DNA of 63,025 bases, the filler included, from Sphaeroforma arctica JP610 (lineage: Eukaryota): assembly GCF_001186125.1 (NCBI RefSeq). It is 4 parts of 2 records of this genome, joined end to end, with 100 filler letters (N's around TTAATTAATTAA, not from the genome) between each part and the next. Parts side by side here need not be neighbours in the genome. Positions count along the whole stretch, not along the records: positions 18,006 to 45,505 come from NW_014040549.1; positions 45,606 to 58,077 come from NW_014040549.1; 2 more parts are not named here. One strand, written 5' to 3'. Of the stretch, positions 38,638 through 51,550 are shown piece after piece. A program made the translations under genes and the position numbers. Position 1 is the stretch's first letter; each line of letters begins with the position of its first letter. A model generated the notes under the pieces. That model made no database searches, had not been told where the DNA came from, and saw nothing but the letters and a program-made list of their open reading frames with translations.

Positions 38638-41600
38638 TTTTTACAATATCCTTGAAACATAGATAAGTCAACCAGAATCACAATACGCTAAAGAAATTAT
38701 CGTAATTAGTGAAACAGAATTCAGTACAGTTTTAAGACCACTCTAAAGTAATAGAAGATTATTACGAACAAGATGAAGTTAACTTCCAAGAGGTGCCAAC
38801 AGAAAGAAGTTGGAGCCGCTACCCAGGACTGCCGCGGAAATAAGAACGAAGAGGAGCGAAAGAAAGAGACGTTCCGCCGATAACGTGGCCTTAGGACAAC
38901 AACCAAGGTAACAATATCGTGTCCAGAAGCAAGCTGGACACGTGTCAAGGAAGTACGAGTGTAGTTATGATCACAGAGAGAACATCCGCGTGTAGAAAAA
39001 TTAGAAGTGCCACGTTGATTAATTAATCAATGTTGGGGATTTTCGAACAAGAAAATCTACTGACGTCAGGGGCCCTACACAACAAAGCTAGGTAAACTAG
39101 ATAAAATAGCACAAGCGATAAAATTTCTATCAACTAGCTAGAATTATGAGTCTACCAACTAATACATCTACAGAGAAACAAATAAAACATTAACGTAAGG
39201 TGCACACATCACAAGACAGTCAGGCAGTACAAGTGTTGTTATGATCACAGAGAGAACATCCGCGTGTAGAAAAATTAGAAGTGTCACGTTGATTAATTAA
39301 TCAATGTTGGGGATTTTCGAACAAGAAAATACACTGACGTCAGGGGCCATACAAGATAAACTTGAATGAAGTAGCATATACAAACAACAAATAATAAAAG
39401 ACAACATACCCCCTCTCGACACATTTATTGTTAAAAAAATGTATATAGCCGAAGGCTCTTTAATTTAAATCTAAGCAATTTTTGTACGATAAAGTCACTA
39501 AATGTACATAAAAAAATTGGAATTGTCGCTAAATGTACTTTTGTACATATTTGATCCATATTTCAGTGCGTTTTCATCGAGAAAAAGGGTGAATGTAAAT
39601 TCAGTGACTTTTCCACATTTCCAATGTACATTTAGCGACTTTGTTCATATATCTGTCAAGGCAACTGCGTCCTGGTTAGTAGGTTTATATCCAAGCTGGG
39701 ACAAATAGTACCGGTGCCTATATCGACTCTATACAAGATGAGAGTAAGCATTCATGATCCACAGCCAGAATGATGCATGCCACTCGTGGATGCGGAGCTC
39801 AGACGATGATATGATTTAGCTATCAAGGATTGTGGTGACGATGAGGAAGATGATCTCATTCAAATAAGTCAATACATTAGTGAGTTAGAGTTCATGCGTT
39901 CACGCTTAGGCGACCAGATAAACGAAGCACCTATGACTTCAGAATTTCCTAAGCTACCAAAAGATAGCTACTTTGGAAAATTGTGAAGACACCATAGAGT
40001 TCACTACGCAATGTAGAGATATATTCCTAGCGAAGTCCATGCCGCTGTGTCAGTACCCAGCACTAGTGGCCTATTAGACTCCACTGATGCAACGGAGAAG
40101 ACCAAGTCGATACTCAATAACTTAAGAGATTCTGAGACGCGTACAACTAAGCACTTCAAGGAACCTGAGCAATTCAATAGAATCATTATTGACAGGCTCA
40201 GGCCCCACCCAGTAGACTATCTGTTGGATAAATACCTCGGTGACATGCAGAACAAGAAGTTGAACGTCGAAATGCGCACAGAGCATGCGCATATGACAAT
40301 GGCGATGTTCGAGGAGCGTTACCGCAGCTCAGAAAAGGAACCCATACACTATCCCCACATCAATTCAGTCTATGCCCCAAGAAGGCTTCGAAGCAGGCCA
40401 AGCAGGCTGAGGCGCAGGTCAAGAAGGATGTGCAAATAGCAAGACTGTCCATTACCTCTGGCAAGGTAGAAGATATCACGGAGGGCGATGAACACTGAAA
40501 CAACTGGTGGGCGGAAGCAAACATGATTGACCTGGCTGGCAGACTCAATGTTTATACAGATGAAGAAACGTTCTTAATAAATGCAAATGAATTAAATTAC
40601 CAACGGTTATCATTACTTCCCGCACACGAGATCAACGTTTACACATAGATATACAAATTAATGGCAATACATACAATGCACTAGTAGACTCGGGCGCATA
40701 ACGCTCATGTATGGAGAAGAGTGTAGCAACAGAACTATGTCTTTCCGTCAGAGCGCAACCGGGTTATATACAATTAGCACAAACAGATGCAAGAATACAA
40801 CTCACAGGATCAACTGGAGTTTGTGACATCAGTTATGGATGTTGGAAAACCTCTCAGTTTTTTGAAGTATTGGATTTACCAGACAAGAAGGCACCAATAC
40901 TTCTCGGTATGGACATTTTACCATACATAGGTATATACATAGCAGGATAAATCAATCCACAGATACCAACGGATGCGAAGTAGGAATCACTCCTCACTCC
41001 ACATGAAGAGGACCCTGAGCATAAACAAGAAGGCTTCAGGGAGTCACTTGCATATCTTCGAGATACCAACACGAACATACCTCCTGACGAACATTGCAAC
41101 CTACCAGGCTCCACAGTCACAGTACCTGCAAGTGAAACTAATGTCAGACAAATGAGGCACGCTAAAGTCAAATTTGTACCTCACCAGTATATTCCACAAA
41201 CGGATGAGAGTGTACAGGGGTGGCTTACAGATGGTCACATGTACAAACCGAACTACACCCAACAACAGTAAATTTACCGTTGTTATCAACAGATCAACAT
41301 GATCAAACAGCTCTCCTCAAGAAAGTACAGACATGCCTAGACTAACGCGAGATCAATTATTAATATGAACAAGATAAGTTTGAGTTACCGAAAATAAAGG
41401 AAGTACTACACAACCTACAAGGAGCACAGTTCTTTTCAAAGCTTGATCTCACTAGAGGATGTCACCACTTTCCAGTAGACGAAGCAAGTCAACACTTCTT
41501 CACATTCTCATGGAGAGGAGCGCAATACTTATTTAAGTCAGCGCCGTTTGGACTACACTCACTCACAGCACAGCTCCGGGGAGCCATGGCAAACTTGTTA

Positions 41601-42549
41601 ATAAACATCAAATGAGTGCAAGTGTATGTAGATGACATAGTCATTGCAAGTCTTACAGAAGAAGAACATCGTAAGACAGTTCGTAAAGTAATCTAGCGAC
41701 AGAATGGAGCAGACTTCCGTCTCAATCACAAGTGTGCCTTCGCGGTCAAAGTGGTCAACATTCTAGGTTTGAAAGTCACCACACAGGGACTCAAAGCAGA
41801 TCTTGAAAATTAGAAAAGGATGATGGACTGGCCACTACCCAGAACAAAAATAAATCTACACAAAGCGGTGGGACTAGCAAATTACAAGCGCGACCATGTC
41901 CCCAACTTTGCCCACACAACTAAACACTTCCGAAACATCATGAAAGAAAAATTGAATCATAACATATCCATGTTATGGACTCCGGAACTCAAAAAGAAGT
42001 GGGAAGAACTCAAAGAAGCCATCGCCTATTCAGCGACATTAGCATACCCTGCTGATGGGGTACCGTTTCAAATAATGAATGATGCTTGTGACTATGGCAT
42101 AGGAAAATGTTTATGTTTTATTTCAAGTCATCGATGGGGTTAGAAGCGACATTCTCTACTTCTCGAAAGGCTTGAATCCAACACAACAACGATATGGCAG
42201 AAATACTAATGAGCTACTAGCACTCGTATACAGCCTGGAACAGTTCTCCGACTATATCAAAGGAGGGGACATAACACTGTGGACAGATCACAAAGCACTC
42301 ACGCAAATGAACAGTCAACAGACGTTACACCCAATGCTAGCCAAATGGATAGCAAAAGAATTACACCACCACTTCTCCATCATACACGTCCCAGGCAAGG
42401 ACAACCAGATGGCAGACAGGTTGTCGCGTCTACATGAAAACACTTCGAATACTAAACTTCGAAGGTACTACAAGAAGCGAATGAAACAACACAATATAAC
42501 CAAGAGTATATCACATAGGAACCGAATATATCCACAACTATATCAGCCA

Positions 42550-42990
42550 TAGACTGAATGTTACACTCCAGATTCTACCAAGAAGCTGAACGAGAATGTT
42601 ACACTCCAGATTCTACCAAGAAGCTGAACGACGGTTTGGGAAATTCACAGTGGATCGATTTGCATCGGCACACAATACACACACAGATAAGTACTACACC
42701 AAAATTCATAACGCGCTACAACAAAAGTGGGCGCAGGAAGTGAATGCATGGGCGAACCCACCATGGAAACTCATACCTGATATCCTTGACGAAATCATTG
42801 AAGAGGCAACCAGCATCACGATATGTGCACCATACTACCCCAATGCAACGTGGTTTCCAAAATTCTTGTCTTTACTAGAAGAAGACCCGATGCTAGTGGA
42901 AAAGACAAACAATACTTTCCTCAAAGAAGGCAAGAAAGCTTGTGGCAAGACCCCATGGGGTGTCACATTAGTCGTAAAGATAGGAGTGAA
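42550..42990 (+). CDS. Dam-like MTase domain of element D
   Basis: D*MLHSRFYQEAERRFGKFTVDRFASAHN..NAWANPPWKLI (NPPW 42755-42766)..ICAPYYPNATWF..NTFLKEG..GKTPW..KIG; a 38-bp tandem duplication (42556-42631) shifts the frame at its start. Confidence 0.9.
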
Positions 42991-44188
42991 GTGTCCATAT
43001 CTTGACTCAACGCGGGAACAACGTGCCATACACGTTGCAGCATCAGAACCAGTTCACTCTGGAGATGCACCACAGGCAACAGAATACGAGACACGTGTCA
43101 ACCTCATCGAGCAATACCACAAATTGAGAATTTACACTCTTGAGGAACCGATACATAAGTTGGAAGCAATGGACATGGTTGGCCTGATATCCAACAACAT
43201 GTACACAAGTTCATTGACGGATGCATACCATGTCTCAAAAATAAGATACACAAAAAAGGAATTCCATCCCTTACAATCAATCACAGCCACATTTCCAGGC
43301 GACAGAGTCCAAGTGGACACCATAGGGCGGGCCACTATTGGATTCCAACAGAGGGCACACATATGTGTTAGTATGGCTCGATGTACACTCATCCGTATGT
43401 CATATTACTCCGATGATGGACAAATGAGCGGCTACTATAGCACGCACGCTAGTACCAATCATGTGTGACCATGTATTTTCACAAATCATACAGACTGACC
43501 AAGGCACTAAATATTAACAACATGCTTCCGAAAGTTGTTGAACAAGCGTCAATGCAACACCTAGTCTCTCGGCCGTGTCAACCTAAAGTCTTAGGTGCGA
43601 ACGAACGATCACACAGAGATCTCATGCCACTGTTACGAAAATTCGTTGAGCAATACCCAGGTAACTGGTGTTCACGACTTCATTCGTAGAGATGGGTCAC
43701 AATCTGCGTACATCAAGAAGGCACAAGTCACCACGATTTAACGTGTACTTTGGTCGCAGACAGAATCAACTAACGGACTACAACGAGCCAGTGACCGCAC
43801 CCAGTACAACAGTATATTGGGAAGAGCGACTGCAGAATCTAGAAGAAGCCATCAGGCCACAACTAGACAATAATGTTGTACAATATCAAGAGAAGATGCG
43901 CGCAGCATACGGTCAAAAATACCAAAAGAAATATGTAAACTTCCAGGAAGGGGACTTTGTCATGGTTCGCTATCAAGGTGAAATGAACAAGTTAATAGCA
44001 CCAAATGGCGGACCATACAAAGTAGTACACAGGGAGGGCAATGGGTATTTTTTGTCTGTAGCCTTGATGGGAATAAAACCCCCGAATATCCTGACTCGAT
44101 CAGTGATGAGCTACTTGGACTTGTAAAAAGGACCAGTGCTCCGGAAGCATTTACTTCCAATAATCACGCACAACAAAACGAGAAGACT

Positions 44189-44330
44189 CAGTTCTCCTCG
44201 ATAGTCGACGACAGGCCGTACATCCGAGGTGATAGATCCCAGGAGTACCTACTGCAATGGACAGATGGGGAGCGTACCTGGACGCATGAATCAGACATCA
44301 CAGATGCTGATGTCATTGCAACATACCGTC
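44189..44330 (+). pseudogene. Chromodomain at the C-terminus of the element D integrase
   Basis: QFSSIVDDRPYIRGDRSQEYLLQWTDGERTWTHESDITDADVIATY. Confidence 0.75.
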
Positions 44331-44794
44331 AACGCCATAGATGCAAACGAAGGCAGTCAAGGCCAAAGAAGCCGGCGACGACGAGCACTGATGAAAGATC
44401 AGCGAGCAACAGAAAGCGCACAACTAAGCAAGTCTCACTGATACCACGGGACACTTCCACTTTTCTCGCCTTGAAGCATGCTCACCAGAGGGACAAGGAC
44501 CAAAGACTCGGTTGTAGAGCCACCATTGAGAAGCGCTTTCCTAAGCCAAGTTGAGATCAACCAAGAGCACCGGTCAAGACTGACTAAGATGAGCGTGGTA
44601 GAGAACTCCTGTCATAGTATAAAAGCCAATATCCGTCTGTGAATTAGATTACCGATATGCAAAAGTATGTACGAGCACATCAAATTAATGAGGCACAGAG
44701 GATGAGGAGTTTTTGCTTAAAAATGACAAGAAAGTTATTAATGCATCAGGAATATTTACAAAACTCAAGAGATTGTACCGATATGCTAGTGACC

Positions 44795-45490
44795 CCTGAT
44801 TAAAACAGGGCCTGTTGGAAACATGTCGGTCGTAATTAGAAGCGGCGGGACTAGCTCAGAATTTTTGGACGTTGACAGCTGTGATTTGGAGGCTTTGATG
44901 ACGTATGACGACTGAGCTCTATTTTGTGAGTTAGCTATGGGCCTGTAGTGTGTTTCAGAGAGACAGCCCGTTTTATGTTACACCCCATCTCACCTCAGAG
45001 ATCTCTTGGCAGTTTATATTGACAATGTAATGTTCTGAGGGTAGATAATGATCAAAGAGCTATTCAAGGGCATTGCCCCCACTTATCATCTAGCAACTCA
45101 CACCAGGCCATTTTCGTTTTTAGAGGCATATTCACCCGCCGCGCTTCAGGTTATACCACAAATTTTAGTCAGGTGCCTGATCACAAGAGCATACGAATTC
45201 CACGGGGATATTTCAAAAGGGCTGGCATCAACAAGACACTTATCAACCAGTACGTGCAATGGCATACTTTTCGCTCTTTTCTTTGGCACAGAGTTTATGC
45301 AGCCTAATATCACCAGACGACGCCATCGCCGGACTCGTAAGTATCAAACAAGCATCCCTAGAGCCATCTCGATCGATCGAGACCGTGACAGTAGCCGATC
45401 AATTCTTCAACGGATGGTTCCTCACGAGCCCACTTCAAAAAGCTGTGGACTTGCACTCGATATAGAAACGAATGCTGTAACAGAATAATA
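44795..45490 (+). pseudogene. Ty1/Copia RT remnant
   Basis: LKQGL..KHVGRN*, LLAVYIDNVMF (45015-45026), QPNI..KYQ. Confidence 0.55.
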
Positions 45491-45605
45491 ATTATTAGTT
45501 GGAACNNNNNNNNNNNNNNNNNNNNNNNNNNNNNNNNNNNNNNNNNNNNTTAATTAATTAANNNNNNNNNNNNNNNNNNNNNNNNNNNNNNNNNNNNNNN
45601 NNNNN

Positions 45606-46730
45606 AGTTGAAAAATTAACACTTTTGTCTATTCCTAGAGCTAGGTTGTTTTTCTTGTAATATTATATATCCTTGCCCCACTTACCGTAGGAGCAACAAT
45701 CCTATTTCTAAACCCGACTTCTTCTACGCACACTACTCCTTAGATCTTATTCGCTAACTATACTACTTCCATTTCTCTAACGCAATTTCTATTGAGCATC
45801 CTTTGACTAAAAATATTTCTAGAACAGGGTTCTAACTCGATATCTAGCCTACACTATCACCCTTACTGTTTGTCTCTACAACATATAATCACAAAACTAT
45901 ACTTCACAATCGTTTCTACTTAACTGATCGTCTGACTGGACCATCGTCTTGGCCATGTGGTCCTTCTGGTCCTGCTCATTTCGTTCTTGTACTTCTGATG
46001 CCTTCTCCTTTTCCGGTTACTCCTTAGGTTCGGTCGAGGGCTCCTTGGGTTCGGTCGTAGTGTCAATACCTGCCTCCGTTCTTGAAGTCCCAGTAAAGTT
46101 AGGTACCTGTCTAGGAAGCCTAAAGCGTTCGAGCTGTCTAGCCATATTGATTCTATTGCTGAAGCGTCCATTGTTCACCTCAGATTCCATTTGCTGATTC
46201 CATCGGACGTGCTGATCGTTCGGTCTCGGCGTCTCTTCCGATTCGCTGCCACTATTCGACATCAAGGATGGCATTGTGGCACTAGCGTCACTACTTGTGT
46301 ACCCGCTATCCTCTTCTACCGCATTCTGAAAGATGTCGACATTTTGCTGCGCCATCTTACTTTCTCTATTACATTCGATGTTTTCTTTCTTTGTTCGTCG
46401 TATTCTTATAGAAAAAATCTGATAAATTTCATTCAATTACTATAAAGTAGCTTATTCATTAATTACTAATAAGCTCACAACTTCCCTGGTAAGTTAAAAA
46501 TGTGGTAAACGAGCGCTTCAATAACTGTATCGCAACGTTCTCCTCTCATAGAGAGGGAGACGTTGTCCATTTATTAGTAATTGAAAATTAATGACTCTAA
46601 TAATGAGTCATAAGTCATGTGCTGTGATAGTCAGCAAAAACCAAGTTTATCAGAATATTCTGATAAACTGTAAAAACTATAATAAAACTAAAATAAACAA
46701 ATAAACCTAAGTACTTGTATTCTGACCACA
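45606..46730 (-). mobile_element. 5' end of an LTR retrotransposon E (LTR 46501-46730 plus gag-like ORF 46017-46436), adjoining Copia F
   Basis: TGTGGT...ACCACA termini; similarity to 7907-8150; gag-like ORF downstream on the minus strand. Confidence 0.65.
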
Positions 46731-47232
46731 ACAACAAGGAACTTCATCACTTTCACTTTGAAGTCAACACAGCGTATCTATATTGTAAACTAGATGCGCC
46801 GGTCTACATGCTCCCCTCGAAGGGGAGTGTTGAGCTTGGACATTATCCACCCCATCGGTGCAGAAACTCCGCCGTGGCCTCTCTACGGCTTAATGTAAGC
46901 CGGGCTGCTCTGGAGCCAGTACATTGGCCGCACCATAACATCACTAGGCTTTAACAAAAGTCCGCAAGATGAGAACATCTGTGACCATTCTGTTCGCGAT
47001 GTTACATTGCTTCTTTACGTCGACGATGTCTGATTTTTTATGTTTGGTCAGGTCACAATAGTATGTTCAACCAATTATTTTAGCTCAATATTTCAAAGGC
47101 GTAAAGTTGAAAGTGTCTAAGCCCTGAGTATTTGATAACCACCTCCCGCTTTTGGACTGTTAAACTTAACTGGAAGTCTATTTCAAATAATAGCACAATC
47201 ATTCCAAAAGTGAAGCTTATACTCATTCCAAC

Positions 47233-47557
47233 GCCAGCCCCATCATCTCAATATGCGGCTTCACATTGGAATGATTGGGTTAGGTGTACCATTTCACGCT
47301 TCACATTTGGGACAACTAAAATGTATTGACATTGATTTCATGGATACGCACCGTTGGCCCGCAATTATTTAATTTTGCTCTATCTGCTAAATATCTGCCA
47401 GCCCCCATCATCTCAACATGCGGCTTCATATTGGAATGATTGGATTGAGTGTACCATTTCACGCTTCACATTTGAGACAACTAGGACGTGTTGTCATTGA
47501 TTTTATGGATACATACCGTTGTCGCGTAATTTTTATTTTACTCTATCTGCTAAATAT
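47233..47557. repeat. Two-copy tandem duplication (about 164 bp)
   Basis: Directly visible. Confidence 0.8.
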
Positions 47558-48208
47558 ACTTCATACTACAGAGTGAAGATTATAACACAACATCACACAA
47601 AAAATAAAATTTATAAGTAGGTCTCTTCATTATGGTAAGCAAAAATATATATAACAAGTTTGATTTTTAGTTGATTTAATTTACAAAGAACGCAGTGTAA
47701 TAAATACAGTAGTTCGGTCACTTAAAAATGTAGTCAAAACCGAGAAACGCTTAGTAGAGAATGTTAAGTCTGAATAAGTGATATCAGTCAAAAGTACCGT
47801 TCTGAATGGCGCACTTGCTGTATTTATTAATCATGTTCCTATATGGGACTCGATTTCTTCTAACTACTGGTCATGTGAAAATATCCGTATCTAAGGTTTT
47901 GGTTTCCTAGTTACAAATTTATGATGATATCCGATGAGTCATCATCCTCTCTCACTAAAATCTATATTGCACTATCTGGTCCGGTTATCTGGCCCGGTCC
48001 TGAAATTGATCTTTTAGGTCTGGTCCTCTGGTCCGGTCCTACATCCCGTCTACGGTACTTTGTCCTGACACAGTTTCGCAACCTACGTATGTTGAACAGC
48101 TAGTTACGAAAATTGAACCCTTGGAGAGAGTAAGTACATCCATGAGTACATCCTTTGATGTTCATCTGTCTCGCACAGTTCTGCAGGACTCTGAGTTTCA
48201 TAACATCA

Positions 48209-48607
48209 TCGGATCCTTAATATTAGGAAACTATGACTGGGGAACCTCTAGTGAGTTCGGGGAGGATTTGTGTCTTTGTAAGTATCCTGATGCGAGCTAT
48301 ACTGGATAGAAGGACAAACGATCTCATATATGATACTTTGGTCGGATCATTATTATTAGGATACTATGACTGGGGAACCTCTAGTGAGTCCGGGAAGGAT
48401 TTGTGTCTTTGCACGTATTCTGATGCGAGCTATACTGGATTGAAGAACAAACGATCTCATATATGATACTTTGGTCGGATCCTTGATATTAGGATACTAT
48501 GACTGGGGAACCTCTAGTGAGTCCGGGAAGGATTTGTGTCTTTGTACGTACTCTGATGCGATCTATATTAGATAGAAGATCAAACGATCTCATATATGAT
48601 ACTTGGG
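48209..48607 (+). repeat. Three tandem 133-bp copies of the Copia RNase H first-motif region
   Basis: Units start at 48209, 48342 and 48475; each encodes LCLC.Y(S/P)DA.Y..KRSH. Confidence 0.9.
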
Positions 48608-50339
48608 TGTCCTTGCAAATGCTCGATTATACTTGAGAGCGCGCAGTCAGACCCTCGTCGCTCTCAGTACAGCGGAATCCGAATAGATAGGCCTTGTGGA
48701 ATCCTGCCGTGATGTCAACACCGACTTGAATCTGCTATCTGAGCTTGGTCGTTCACAATAACCTGCCGGGTTCGTGTTGTTAGAACAACCAAATTGCTAA
48801 GAAGATGGCGGAAGAGTTGGCTACCAAGCGTAATATCCATATATATGCTAAGTATCCCTTTGTACGAGAGTTGTGAACTAAAAAACGATACGAGTTGACG
48901 GTCGCTGATGCTTTGACTAAAGCACTACCGCGAGCTGTATTTGTGACACATCGCAATCAGATGTTGGATCTTCGCTGTTATAAATGCACCCTCGTGTCTA
49001 CGTATATTTGTAAGTGCGCCTAGCTTATGGGGGAGTCATATGAGCAACAGCAGCTAAATTCTTTCGTTCGTGGGGGTGTCGAAATGTATATTGCCGGACT
49101 GGGAAAAGTCCAATTGGCGGACTCAGCCTTAGCTGAATGTGTTGTATAGTATTTTTCCTGAACACAAGCTGTGTTTACGAGTTGGTTTAATGTGCTGATC
49201 AGAAGTTCTTGAAATTATGTATACAAGAGTTTTAGTAGGTGTAATGTTGCACACTTTAGACTTGGATATCATATGGTGTAACAAATACAGTTAGGGGTTT
49301 GCCGAGAAAATAGAGATGGAACGGCCGTTCAATCCGGCTATACTTTATGCAAATACCCGTATGAATACCCTGTCAAAACGTAAACAACGTTTACATATAT
49401 AAAGTAGGCAAGTGAGTTCGACACCTGATATGTTCAAGTTACTGTGCGAGCATTGAAATCATCTCAATCCAAAGTATCGCCATCATTGCCAATTGTACAC
49501 ATCCGTTCCAATTCCAAGATCATCTTACCCTTTCATATACGATGATGGATATTTGAACTGCAGCCCATAAATGAAATTTCGACACCTATTATGATCAAGT
49601 CTCCCACACCTAACAACGCGAGTAACAATATCATTGTCATTAAGACATCATTGTCAAGTGTGGGCTCATCCGAACTGGCAGATGGAAATCCAAGATCGAA
49701 GCCAGGAGCAGAATCGGCATCTGATATTCTATTCGCTGTCAATCTCCGCCATTTAAATGATCCCCGAAGGGCAAACTTTCGAGAACAATAATTGCCCTCG
49801 AAAGTCTTTGTACGGTTCGTATTTACGGCATTCGGAGTTGTTTTACTACAATTTTGATTTTACTTGAGAACTGGATTCAGTACTGATTACAATTTCCATT
49901 CTTGACCAATCGATGTATTTACTTTTAATGAGTCTGTCGTCTCTAGAAATTAACAAAAATGGTTACAAATTAAATACATTTAAAATTACTCATTGACACA
50001 AACTTTCAAATGATTAAAAGTTTCTGACCCCAACGATCAACATTCACACCAAATCTGTCCTACTCACCATGTTGCAAGATAATCTCGTCCCTTTAGGAAC
50101 GCGTAGCCACTAACATTTGGGTGAAAATAGTATATAACTGGACGCACATATGGTTCTGTGTAGTAAAATTAGGAAATCGTGCGATAGTAAATCAACCAAT
50201 GCAAGTGCAAATGTCATTCCAATACTTTAGAAAATAAGACCGTCTAGTAAACTGGCATCATCCAAAAGGCGTCAGCTCCGTTGACAGTACCCGATTCTCG
50301 TCACAGAAAAAAAAAGGTACGGTCGCGCCTACCAGTATA

Positions 50340-51354
50340 GAGGCCAGAGTCCTCCTGATCATCATCGACTTTATAGTACAATAACAGATTCCTTCACCTG
50401 CATGAAGTTGAGATAAGTATCGGTTGCCATTTTCGCGTCTATATCGGTCCTGAGATGCATAAACTGGTGTGGTGTGGAAGGGCCTTCGTAAATGCTAGGC
50501 GCCGATGAGTATCCGTCAGCTCATAAAATTAGTTCGCCAGCTTTAAAACAGAATTTCCAGTCGGGTTGCAACTTTAGTAATTTTCTTCCGATGTATCACA
50601 CGTATTCGGTTGCTATTCTTTGTTTGGATATTCAGATTTACCTCCGTTTGGCGATTCATCACGGCGGTCATTTAGGCTTAGACGACGGCAAGATCATCGA
50701 TACCACTAAGATAGCCTAGACAATTGTTGTCATCAGTACTATTGGCAATGATAGGATGTGAAATATCCTTCTCACGATACGTGGCAGTTAGAAATACACC
50801 CTCTTCCTTCAGCCTGGCTTCTACTTCAACTTCCAGTTTAAGTAGCCAGCAGCATCCTTCAGCTTGGAACTGACGTCCTTCATTTTCTCAGATAGTCTCA
50901 CGGTCTCGCAATATCTCGCTCATTGGTTCTTTCAGTCTCCATATGTCCTTTAGTCTTTTCGCTCACTGGCTATCAGTCGTCTACTTCTTCCACATGTATT
51001 TCATACTCTGTGAGAGTGAACTATATAAGTCATGACCAATTATTTAAACAAACTTTTCGCCGGATAAAAACAGCCTCCTCGGAACGGAATAAACTCACTA
51101 GTTAATAGAGATTTAACGAAGTGTCGGCTCTTCGACATATATAATTACAGCAACAATATTGAAAACACGCAAGTCTATTTTGTACAGCAAACTAATTGAA
51201 CACCTATACATACATTTAACAACTCTTGAACAACAAACCAAATCAACTTGTTAACATAACCTGCATCTAATAGAGGACAGGCCGTTCAGCTTAGACTCAG
51301 GCCGAGTCCACGAATCCGATATCTTCATAGTCCAGCAATAGTTGATTTTTAACA
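50340..51354 (-). mobile_element. Copia-like 5' remnant G (LTR about 51031-51354 plus gag fragment)
   Basis: LTR start resembles that of 49077 (TATTGC.GGACT..GGACTC.GCC..AGCTGAA); gag-like KLKDAAGYLNWKL.VEARLKEEGVF. Confidence 0.5.
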
Positions 51355-51550
51355 ACTTATTCGTCGCCGCTGATCTCGCTCTCTGATTGAGAGTACTTAT
51401 TGAGTCATAATACTCTCTTTAAGTATTCTATTCAGTACTATGAAAATGCCTAGGTGACCATATTCGAGAAAATAATATTGTATACAGGTGCTTTGTTATC
51501 GAGCATGTATTGCGTCAGTTTCTCATTTATCCTTCTTCAAGCATGTTGCT

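Larger units (their letters stand above)
38318..44710 (+). mobile_element. Ty3/Gypsy-type LTR retrotransposon D (LTR-gag-PR-RT-RH-MT-INT-chromodomain), decayed, 3' LTR not seen
   Basis: ALVDSGA (40687), SKLDLTRG..APFGL..YVDD (41625-41636), NDACDYGIG, ELLALV, TDHKAL, DRLSR, MTase NPPW, PGDRVQVD, GANERSH, GPY (44010), chromodomain; purine tract GAGGATGAGGAG near 44698. Confidence 0.9.
46731..49423 (+). mobile_element. Ty1/Copia remnant F (RT-RNase H-PPT-3' LTR 49077-49423) with internal insertions
   Basis: LHHF..VNTAYLYCKLDAPVYM, KLRRGLYGL, LLLYVDDV, YSDASY..RSH, ALSTAESE, HIYAKYPFVRE, ADALTKAL; GGGGG tract, then LTR with TGTCGAA...TTCGACA ends. Confidence 0.82.

Noticed and set aside
49077..51354. 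Inverted similar ends suggesting a TIR DNA transposon
   Set aside because: Better explained as two related Copia LTRs in opposite orientation; the first follows a PPT and has its own inverted termini
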